A stretch of 64,000 nt of DNA from Camelus dromedarius (Eukaryota). This document shows, one piece after another, positions 37,877-48,274 of this stretch; positions within the stretch are counted from its first letter, which is position 1, and each line of letters opens with the position of its first letter. Both the position numbers and the translations under genes were made by a program. The notes under the pieces were generated by a model. The model did not search any database. It was not told the DNA's origin and saw nothing but the letters and a program-made list of their open reading frames with translations. The DNA lies in the NCBI RefSeq assembly GCF_036321535.1, contig NC_087437.1, positions 88,042,001 through 88,106,000 on the forward strand. Direction: 5' to 3'.

Positions 37877-38380
37877 ATGGAAAGATTTGTAGTGACAGCA
37901 CCACCTGCTCGAAACCGTTCTAAGACTGCTTTGTATGTGACTCCCCTGGATCGAGTCACTGAGTTTGGAGGTGAGCTGCACGAAGATGGAGGAAAACTCT
38001 TCTGCACTTCTTGCAATGTGGTTCTGAATCACGTTCGCAAGTCTGCTATTAGTGACCACCTCAAGTCAAAGACTCATACCAAGAGGAAGGCAGAATTTGA
38101 AGAGCAGAATGTGAGAAAGAAGCAGAGGCCTCTTACTGCATCCCTCCAATGCAACAGTACTGCGCAAACAGAGAAAGTCAGTGTTATCCAGGACTTTGTA
38201 AAAATGTGCCTGGAAGCCAACATCCCGCTTGAGAAGGCTGATCACCCAGCAGTCCGAGCTTTCCTGTCTCGCCATGTAAAGAATGGAGGCTCCATACCCA
38301 AGTCAGACCAACTGAGGAGAGCATATCTACCTGATGGATATGAGAATGAGAATCAACTCCTTAACTCACAAGATTGTTGA
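37877..38380 (+). CDS. CGGBP1: CGG triplet repeat-binding protein 1, 167 aa, single coding exon
   Basis: MERFVVTAPPARNRSKTALYVTPLDRVTEFGGELHEDGGKLFCTSCNVVLNHVRKSAISDHLKSKTH...NSQDC recognised as CGGBP1, with a BED-type C2H2 finger (C43, C46, H61, H67). Acceptor ttctcttgtcttgaaag| (exon starts 37858). Head-to-head with ZNF654, as known in mammals. Confidence 0.98.
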   Translation: MERFVVTAPPARNRSKTALYVTPLDRVTEFGGELHEDGGKLFCTSCNVVLNHVRKSAISDHLKSKTHTKRKAEFEEQNVRKKQRPLTASLQCNSTAQTEKVSVIQDFVKMCLEANIPLEKADHPAVRAFLSRHVKNGGSIPKSDQLRRAYLPDGYENENQLLNSQDC

Positions 38381-41300
38381 CAAGGAGGTTACCACCATTG
38401 TGATCAAGATAAATAATGTGGAGTATTAAAGTTATGTGTTGATTGTGTGGTTCATTTTTATATTTATTTCATTTTAAATCATGTGATGCAGAATAGTTTT
38501 GCAATGTATATAGAGTTGCAGGCAAAAACAACAAAAAACAACAAAAAAAAAACCTCACTGCAAAATGTATTGTTAATTTTAGTCACCAATGGTGTAAAGC
38601 AAAACTTAGGGTTTAGAGTGTGCTAGGATACCTGAAACCTGATGGTTATCTTTCAAATTGATGGTTTTTCTCCTGAAGTGTTTGTGCATGGAAGAACTGC
38701 CCTGCTTTCCTACCCTGTTGCCACGTATGATTATTCCTTGTGAGATTACTTCATTACTTGGATTAAAGACTAGCCTAGGAAATTGAAGCTGCTGCCAGGC
38801 AACGCCACTCACAGTAACTTAAAGGAATTATTTCTGATTAGAGGATCCTCAAAAAGGAAGAGATGGTGGGTAACTGTTCTTATATCTTCATTATTTGTAG
38901 CAGAAAGTGACTGTTTATTTCAGACTATGCTTTACTCATACATGATGTAGTTACCTTAACTATCCTTCAGTTCCTCACTGTCTTTTCCCCTTTTTTTAAA
39001 GGCTTATTGTTGTATTTAGTAGCAGCTTCAAGTGACCAAAAGACTAAAATCTTTTTTTTAATGTCAGTGCCAAGAGCCATGGGGAATTTTGCAGTGACAT
39101 GATTTTAGTCTCTTACGATAAACATACATTTTTGAAACATAGTTTTCATTTCAAGTATCATCTTGAATTTGCAAACTTATTTTTTATGTCATGGTGTTAA
39201 AAAGACTTCAAGATTGGCATTTTAATTTAAGCAGGTAGACATTTTATGATTGAGTTTCCTACTTTTACAGAGAATAATTTTTGGCTGACAGATAATAAGG
39301 AAATTACTTTCTATGCATTAATTTTCCATATGATTTTATAAGAGTTTGTTTAGATAAATAGACTAGAAACAAGTTTGCTTACTTTCATTTTTGTGTACTT
39401 TGCCTCTGGTGGTACAAGGTTTTTAAACATGGATGGTAAACAATTGTCTAGAAATACTGGCAAGGTTTTTGTAATGGAGATCTGGCAGTATCCTGCATAA
39501 CTGTTTGGGTGAGGAAATAATCAGTTCTGTTAAAGGTCAACCATGTTCAGGAAATGATCTCCATCTGAACCTCACTGTCCTGTAAGGTTATCAAAGTAGC
39601 TTAGCTCAGTTAGGTCCTCTCTGTTGGATACCCGAATTATATTTTTTAAAAATTAAACAGCTGGAAACTTGGACTAGAGCTTTAAAAAAGAATCTTAAAT
39701 TCTTTCAAAACATTCAAGTTGAAAATATTTATAAAATATATTTCTGTTACAAAGCACTGATGAATAATGCCCTATGTGACTTAGAGGGAGTTAATCTTTG
39801 AGGTCATTTTACCACAAATTTTAATTCAAAAAAAGCCAAAGTGAATAAGAAAACAATTAGGTTTTATATTTTTCAAAAAGCTTTCAGTGTCTTAAGTCTT
39901 TTTTAACAGACTTAAGTTCCTAGTTTGTGTTGTCACAGTACCCATCTGATTTTAGATTTTATGTGGGTTTTTTGCTTGTTTGTTTTCATTTCTAAATAAG
40001 CCTGCCACCAAAAAAAAAAAAATCACTTGTCAAAATTTGAACTACCGGTTTTTCTCATGTTCAGTTATGTTCAAGTAGCACAATAAATGCCTAAAGTAGT
40101 GCTCTCATTGATAAAGAACAGGCATGAGGAGACTGGCAGCAAAACAACCAAAATGTGCTTTGTTTTTACTTCTACTAAAGAATTAGCAGGCAACCATATT
40201 TAATTTGAATTACCTAAGATGATAGAAGGCCTAAGAAGCTAGGAAAATAATTGAGTTTTACAGCACTATTTTTAGAATATAAAGATAAATATACAATCAT
40301 TCTAATTTTTTCAGATATCTCATATGATTCAGACTGCTCCTTAACATTTGGATATTGATTTGCACTAACAGCAAACATGTAGTGGCAGGACAGATTTGAG
40401 TAGTCATAAGTAGTAAACTGGATGACACTGCACTTAGAAAAATAGCAGTAATTCACATTTGAATTTCTAGTGGTTATTACTAATTTCATGATCATTTAGG
40501 TCCCATATATCTTAATGTATTTCTCCAGGCTCCCGACTTTTCCCACATATCTAGGGGCATAATCCATACTCTTGTTAGGATTGTATCATGTCCTTAGAAG
40601 CATTTTCCATCCTGTTGCAGAGGTTTAACATGCTTTTTACTGATTATGAAACTGTTCATTCCCTGAAACTGGTTAACTTTACTTCACAGATAAATAGATA
40701 AGACAGAATGATTGTTGTAGCCTGCTCAAACTGGTACAAATCTGTGAAACCATGGTTGGCATACGTTGGATAACAAAGGAAGATGTCTAAGAGGCATATG
40801 CTGCTGTGGAGCATAGTGGACGTGTGTACAGAAGCTTTCAATCTTAACTATATAGTGTTAGTGCGATGCTATACTATTGGAAAAATAGCAAGTTTTTTTC
40901 TATTTTATAAGTTGTATGCATAAACATGAGATTTGTAATGTTTCATTTATAAACTGCCTTCAACACATGCTTACCTATTAAATAGTGTTTTTTCAAAGTA
41001 TGGTAGAATGTCTTCCAGAATTTCACTATATGCTTACAGTAAATAGTTCCTAGCTTGTTGAAATGTCAAATTCCTTCTTGGTTTCTTTTGATTCTATGGA
41101 GCATATAGCAAGCCTGAAAGACATTGTAATCATTTCTTACAGGGGGAAAATTTAGAAAGATTGTGTATTGGAGCCTAAATAGTCGCTTTATTAATTATCA
41201 TCTTTGAGTAAGACTTTTTTTTTTTAACAAATGCTACTTCCAGTTAATGCATTTGGCCCTACTGAATTTTCAGGGACCAGAATACTTAAAAAGTTCTGCA

Positions 41301-41945
41301 TTTTATAATTGTAACCAATTAAGTATGGCCTTGGGGTTGTTCTAAAGTATTCATTGCTTTAACAACTATTGTAAGTAACCGCTGGCAAGATCTCCAAGCA
41401 GAAAGTTCCATGTTAAAATCTTTTGCCTGAAGGAATTTGTATGTAAATGAAAACACATTTAAACAAAATAAAATTTAAGGTGGCCCAAGACGAAAGCCAC
41501 AAACGATTTGTCATTTGGTGCTTAAATCTTTGTAAGGGCTCTCAGTGGTCTGAATTGCCCCAGCTGCCTTTAAATGAGTACAGTTCACCTTAAAACACAT
41601 TTATTAAATAGAAGACTGATTCTATAATTTCATTGAAAATCAGCCTAAAATAAGTTGCTTTGGCTTCTAGTCAGCACTGATTAAAATGTGAATAGTGAAG
41701 GGACTATCCTAAACCTGGTTTATCTCAATCCGCACTATCATAGACTTGAGGTAAAAACAGTTCTTACCTGTTGGTATTCTACTTGTATCTGGAATATTGT
41801 ATTCATTAAAATTTTACTATGTTCATTTTTGTATTCCCTTATTTTTTTTTTTTGCTCACGCATGTATCCTTAGTATAAATGTGTTGCTTTAAAAGTTTTG
41901 TCTCTGTGACATTTAGAAATAAATTTCAAAAATTGTTTCAGAAGT
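38381..41945 (+). other. CGGBP1: CGGBP1 long 3'UTR (~3.5 kb, no recognisable interspersed repeats)
   Basis: AT-rich stretch without recognisable transposons, ending at a clustered poly(A) signal region. Exact end inferred. Confidence 0.6.
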
Positions 41946-41970
41946 TTTTGAAAGCATGTTTTGTTTTGTG
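41918..41970 (+). terminator. Candidate distal polyadenylation signal of CGGBP1
   Basis: AATAAA at 41918-41923, upstream TGTA/U-rich elements and downstream GU-rich tgttttgttttgtg (~41957-41970). Confidence 0.55.
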
Positions 41971-44900
41971 AGTCAGTATCATTTCATAATTTCAAAAGAT
42001 TACAATTTTACTAATTTAGTTTTATTTTGCTACTAGTTATATCTCTGTAAGATTATTAATCCTTATGCCCAATATAAAAGCATATATCCTGTCAAATCAG
42101 ATTCATATCATAGCTACAGATTGCCCCTTTCTCCTAAAATTACATAAGTAATAATTAAACAAGCTTAATCAGTGCTTTTAATTGGAAATATACTCAACAC
42201 TCTACTTTTAGAAATAGTAATTATGAAAGACAAGGACCTAATTTGTTCTCATAAGTTTTACTGGGTTTTTGAAAGGTTTGCTATATTATTCGGCACTGGG
42301 GGGAAAATGCATAGAAGTGGAAAACTGTCTTGCCTTTTATTAGTTTTACATAGTTTTTAGAACAAATATTCCTTCTGTTCACTTCTGTTTGGAGAAAAAT
42401 TAATGAATTTTTAAAGTAATTGACTTGTTTTTCCTGAATCGAAATAGTAGAAAGGACCTTAAGAAATCAATACTTCTGTTTCTAGTTTAACATCTCCAAA
42501 CCATCAGAGGCTTGTCTTCATTTTTCTTAAAGTATCTCATTATAGCCTTTACTGGTGTAAACCAATTGAATGTATGGGCCTCTGGCCTCTGGGTCTCGTA
42601 ATGTTACTTTTTTTTTTTTTCTGTGTGTAAATTGAACTGTATTATGCACCTGTAATATGGTTATCTTATGATGCAAAAATGCTCCTGGGATCAGGCCAGC
42701 TAACCTAGCCCTGCGAAGACTAAAACTAGGAAGTACAATAGGACTTACTTGTGATGTGATGAATTTGATAAGTATGGCATGACTTCCATCTGATTACCCC
42801 TTCAATACGTTACTTGATTTCAACTGTTTTATATGCATACTACTTAGAATGAATGTTTAGCTCTCTCGTTTAAATGTTGGAATCAGATCATCTAAAAGCC
42901 TATGGCCTCAAGTTCTTGGTTAAATTTGAATAAATTTGAATAATATGCAGTCAACTAGTATTTACTGAGTCCTTATCATGTGCCTGACGCTACTCTAGCC
43001 ACTGGAGATACATCAGAGAAAATAAAGATGATTCACTGTCTAATACAGTGATGGGGCAGGAGCAGGGAAGGGCACATGTTCTCTTTTCTAGCCAACTTCT
43101 TTAAGCATTCCTTGTTAGACTAGTAAATTACCAACAGAATAGTTATCACTGTTTTCATCTTGATTCTCCAAGTCTCATTTTGTACAAGAAGAGAAATAAA
43201 AATAGGAAATTTGTAAATTAGATGATCCGCACAGCCTCTGAAAATCTGGTAACATATGTTATCCATAAAATATCCATTTCCAGATTAAAATCTATTAAAC
43301 TATGAGACTGACCAATTTAAATACCTGTAAAATAAGAACCTGCCACACATTCTAGTGCAATGCTCGTGGTAAATCAAGAGCTCCTTTGAATACTGGGTAT
43401 CAAGAGAGTCACTGGTGTACCTAATCCCACATTAATAATGATGATCATAATCCCCCCACCCTGAGCTGGTATGTTATGTTAGATGACAGATTCTACAATC
43501 TTCTGTTTAAGCATAAAAGGCCTTGGTATGTAATAAGAGACATTGTTTTAAATGCCTTCTCTTTGAATTTTTTCTTTCCATGCTCATGTAGGACCTATTC
43601 AATAGTAACAGTAAGAATGATTTTATGTATTCTTTTTAACGTAGCAAATTCCACTTTAATGAATATATCCTACAGGAACAAAATAGCCAATGTATAAAGA
43701 TACATGTAAAAGGAAGTTCATCTTACTATTATAATCACAAAAAACTGCAAATACTATGAATGTCCAACAGTAGTGGAATGGTCCAAAAATTATGACATAT
43801 CCATATTATGGAGCTATTCAAGTGATCTAGAAGTATGTATCACAATAGATTTCTACAATGTTGCTAAATTTAAAAAAAGAATTACACAGTATATTTACTC
43901 ACTTTTGAGGGGAAAAAAAAGAACAATCTATACAAAGTGCAATATGTTAGTATGTGGTAATAAACACACAGCAAATGGTTAAGATTACTGAGATGGGGGA
44001 GTATTAGCCCTTCTTTTATACACGCCTGTATGTTGACTCATTTACAACAAGCACATGTTAGCTGTGTCACATACAAAATATGAGGCAGACATTTATTGAA
44101 ACCTGCTCCCATAATGTTACATCCAAACTGTAAAGAATAGTAATATCACATAATTCATCTACCTTATTAATGAGAATATTAAAGAATTTTAAATGCTGAA
44201 CAAATATTTTAAAACATCTTTTTTTGAATTATTTAAAACTCACCTTTATAAAATTTAGTTGCATATTTATAAAGTGAAGTCATCATTCTTTTTCCCAAGT
44301 TATTCATCACTAAGTATATAATTGGAAGTCAGTTTCAAAGCTATGACTTCAGTGTCCCTGTACTTTTACTTTATAAATAGCCCAAACTTTCTAGCTGCTT
44401 GTATGTAGTATCCCACTATGCTTCAATAACACCTACATCAAATACACGTGTACTAAGTACTAAACCCTGGAGACATGTTTCCAAATCTTCCAGTTAGTGA
44501 GAAAACGATGAATGCCATAAAATATCATCAAGTAGTTTTTTTAAAACTTACAAGTTCAATAAAATACCTTAATTTCCTATTTTAGAAAACCAGCATTAGA
44601 TCAGGATTGGAACTCTTATGTCTGGTAATCACTTGTCACCTGATTCTATTCATCTCCATGAGGGTTGTTATTGTGGAACTTACACTCTTTTGAATACTTT
44701 TTTTACTGGGCGATCGCCTAACACCTCCTTGCTTAGGACACAACAGTAAGTTTCTTTACTACTCAGTATAGCAGTAACACAAAAGAATTAAGGTCCAATC
44801 TTTCCCTGTACCAATGGCCATCTGTCCTTAATTGTTCCTTCCTATCTGATTTCCTTCTTTCTCCTCTAATGCTGCTTCATCTTCTCCCCTTGTAGATTCT

Positions 44901-45606
44901 TAATGCTACACCTTTGGCTAACATAAAATATTACCAACTCACTGTGAGATCATACGAGTTGTAAGTAGCAAATTCATGTCTAGAATCCATGTAGTCATTA
45001 ATCCACATTTTTAGGTGTACCACTGTATTGAACCTACGGGAAAAAATAGGCTCAGATTGGAGCAAGAGGAAAGAGGGCTGAGAAAGAAGGTCTCTGGGGA
45101 AACAAATGGAATATATATTATTTTGTATTATATTTATATTATTTCTTTGATAATCTACTCTCCTTCATTTATTCCATCCTGCTTTTGATTTCGAAGACTT
45201 CTTTCTTGCTTTCTGAACATATCCTTTTCATAGCATCCCGTTTTAGGTCTATGACCACAGTATTTTCTTTCATTTCTCTGTGACAATTATAATTTTTTGA
45301 AAGCTTTCTTCTGCTCCTGCATTGTCTTTATTTCATCCAGGCACCTCTATTTCTGACTATTTAATTTTAATCTATCTCTTCCCTATTGGAAACATTATTT
45401 AAGTATTGAGTGATTCATAGATGCTCATTTATATTTAAGAACTAAACAGCTGATTGGAATCCCTCTGTGCATGAATGGGATCTGGCAACAGGTAGAGTAA
45501 TCAGAAGCAAAACACAATTTTTGGAGAACTCCAAAAGTAAGTTGTTGAAAATCTTTTACCTAAGTGCTTTCAGTTTCTTCAAACTCATAGGAAGAGATGT
45601 GACAAA

Positions 45607-45951
45607 TGTAGAAAATTAAAAAAACAGAAGCCACAATTAGAGTCTGGAGGCCAGAAGGGGGAGCTCTCATGCCCTGTGATGATAGCAGAGCCCAAGAGGA
45701 AGAAGAAAGACTCCTTTCCTGCAAGGGCTCAGCCAATGAAAACACATAGACTCTTTGTTTACTACACCCCTCCAACTTCCTTGTCCTTTTTATAAAAGCG
45801 TTCTCCTTCCTTTGCCATTCAGGGGCTTGTACATGTGGCTGCCTGCATGTGGCTCACCATGGTTGCAGACCCCAAGCTGCAATTCTCGGCTGATCTTGGA
45901 TAAATCATCTTTGCTAGAGAAGTACCTGGCAGTCTATTTGTCAGGTCAACA
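45607..45951 (+). mobile_element. Solo ERV1-type LTR
   Basis: TG...CA termini (tgtagaaaatt...ggtcaaca), ccaat at ~45733, tataaaa at 45791-45797, near-TSD caaa/caag. Confidence 0.75.
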
Positions 45952-46011
45952 CAAGAATGTGTATAATATGTCCAGTTACTGGAATTCTGAGAACAGGATG
46001 GATAAGAGAGC

Positions 46012-46481
46012 TATTATGGGTTGAATTGTGTCCCCTCTACTTAATTTGTATCTTTAAGTCCCAACCCACCAGGACCTCAGAATATCACCTTATCTGGAAA
46101 AAGGGTCACTGCAGAGGTAATTAGTTATGATAAGGTAATACTGGAATAGGATGGGCCCCTGATCCAATATGCCTAGTGCCTGTGAGAAGGGGAACTTTGG
46201 ACATAGAAACACATACACAGGGAGAACGCCATGTTAAGATTAAGACAGAGCTCAAGGTGACATGGCAGAAGCCAAGGAACTTCAGGTATTGCCAGCAAGC
46301 CACCAGAAGCTCAGAGAGAGACACAGAACAGAGCCTTCCTTGCAGCCCTCAGAACGCACCTGCCTACACCTTGATCTCAGACATTCAGCCTGCAGAAATG
46401 TGAGAAAAGACATTTATGTAGTTTAAGCCACCAAATTTGTGGTTTGTGGTACTTTGTTACAACAGTGTGAGGAATCCAATA
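46012..46481 (+). mobile_element. MaLR LTR (MLT1B/C-like)
   Basis: tattatgggttgaattgtgtcccc...acctcagaat.t.accttat.tggaaa.agggtc...tgtggtactttgttacaacag...aataca. Confidence 0.85.
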
Positions 46482-47246
46482 CAAGAGATTATAGTTCGAT
46501 AGGTAATTATTCTTTTAATCCCATGTTGTTAGCCCCTTATCTCATGACAACCCTTTATTCAACTGGCTTTCCTGAATCTGGAGCTTCTCTGGTTCAAATT
46601 ATCCAGAGAATCACCTTCTGGTCCCTTACCTGGTGAGGGGTGTGGATGTGAGGGGAGAAATAGTTGCCCACTTGTGTGGCCTAGGGAGGTGGTCCTGGAG
46701 CACATGGAGAGCCTCCTCGCAGCGTGCAAGTCCTGAGCCTCTGAGGGGTTCTGTGGGGTGAACTGACTGGCTCTGTGTACCAACTCCACTCCAGTCAGTC
46801 ACTTCTTACTTCTGTTTGAAAGCTGAGGAAATTCCTCATACATTATGTGTCCTTTTCCATTTCATTTGTCCTTACATTTTAAACACACAGACACACATTT
46901 TTAATTCATGTATTTTTGCTTTAGTGATAAAGTTTAGTGATTTTGCTTTATGAGATAAAGGAGATAAATACTTGCTAATTCACCATTTTTAATCAGAAGC
47001 CCTTTGCTTCTAGTCTTGATATGTTACATTTGAACATCAAAGCCAGAGAGCAGGTAGACATGACAGGCCAAACACATGCACTCCCTTCCCTTTATGCCCC
47101 CAATCCCTTAAAATCTGGGAAGAAATTCACAGTAGCATTATAAAATAAGAAAGGATTCCATGAACAGATAAGACTTCTCGAGGAATTTCTCGATGATGGA
47201 AAAAGTGATTGTGTGGGACGATTAATTGTACAGATGATGAAAAACA

Positions 47247-47471
47247 CAGTTAACCCTGGAACAACACAGGTTTGAACAGGGTCAGTTCATTTACACATGG
47301 ATTTTTTTCACTAAATATATACTACAGGACAACACAATCTGATCCTCAGTTGGTTGAATCCAAGAATGAGGAAACTCAGATATGAGAGCCAACTGCAAAG
47401 TTTACATTTGGATTTTCGACTGTTTGGGGAGGTTGGGGGGCCCAATCCCTCAGTTGTTCAAGGGTCAACTG
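47247..47471. mobile_element. TcMar-Tigger MITE (MER8-like)
   Basis: TIRs cagttaaccctggaacaac / gttgttcaagggtcaactg, 225 bp. Confidence 0.85.
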
Positions 47472-47679
47472 TAGTTTGTATTATGTTGACTGAGAAGTGG
47501 CAGAGCAAGAGAAACCAAAGCTCCAGTGCTCTGAAGAAAACCACATCCTGAAGAAAACCACTGTTGAATTCAGAGCAGACCCTAGAAAAAAGGCAAATTC
47601 AAAGTGAACAAATATGAATAGCAGGAGATGTCATCTCTGAGTGATCATCAGGGTGAGTGGCTAATAAGTCCAGCTAGGC

Positions 47680-48274
47680 GGGGTTACTGGCAGGGCTGGG
47701 GCAAGGTTCTCCAGAAGGCTGTTATACAGTCTGAACCAGCATCCAATATATGGTGCTGTTTCTCCCACAGCCAGGGCAGGAATCAAGGGTTGGAAATGAG
47801 CGGGGCACCACTCACTATTACCCCTAGTAACCCAGTGGCAAAATCTCTGCCTCCTATGCTCATGACTTTATGCTCTGCTGGCCTAGAGGTCTTAGTTCCA
47901 AAGGGAGGAATGCTTCCACTACACCACAATGATTATCTGTTGGGCTGGAAGTTAAGACTGCCACCTGGCCAAGAAGGGAGTGACTGTGCTGGCTGGGGTG
48001 ACTGCTTCTGACTACCAAGGGGCAACTGGACTGCTACTCCACAACAGAGGTAATGGAGAGTGTGTGGGGGGTACACAGATCTCTTAGGGTCTCTTAGTAT
48101 CATCAGGCCTTGTGATTAAAATCAATGGAAAACTACAACCACTCAATCCAGGAAGCGCGACCGATGGCTCAGACCCTCCAGGAATGAAGGTTTGGATCAC
48201 CCACCAGGTGAAGGAACCCGATCCGCTGAGGTACTAACTAAAGACAAAGGGAACATAGAGTGGGCAGTGGAAGG
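47680..48274 (+). mobile_element. ERV-L internal fragment: integrase C-terminus and dUTPase region (degenerate)
   Basis: QGWGKVLQKAV...RNQGLEM..APLTITPSNP...LCSAGLEVLVPKGGML...WKLRLPPG, then IKINGKLQ..NPG, PPGMKVWIT. HERV-L/MuERV-L-like pol-dUTPase. Confidence 0.85.

Noticed and set aside
37795..38275. Antisense ORFs overlapping the CGGBP1 CDS
   Set aside because: Shadows of the coding strand, with no independent evidence.
47531..47561. Short tandem duplication ctgaagaaaaccac x2 (similar small ones near 8961-9016, 13963-13997 and 42921-42943)
   Set aside because: Ordinary replication-slippage duplications; two copies only, not arrays.
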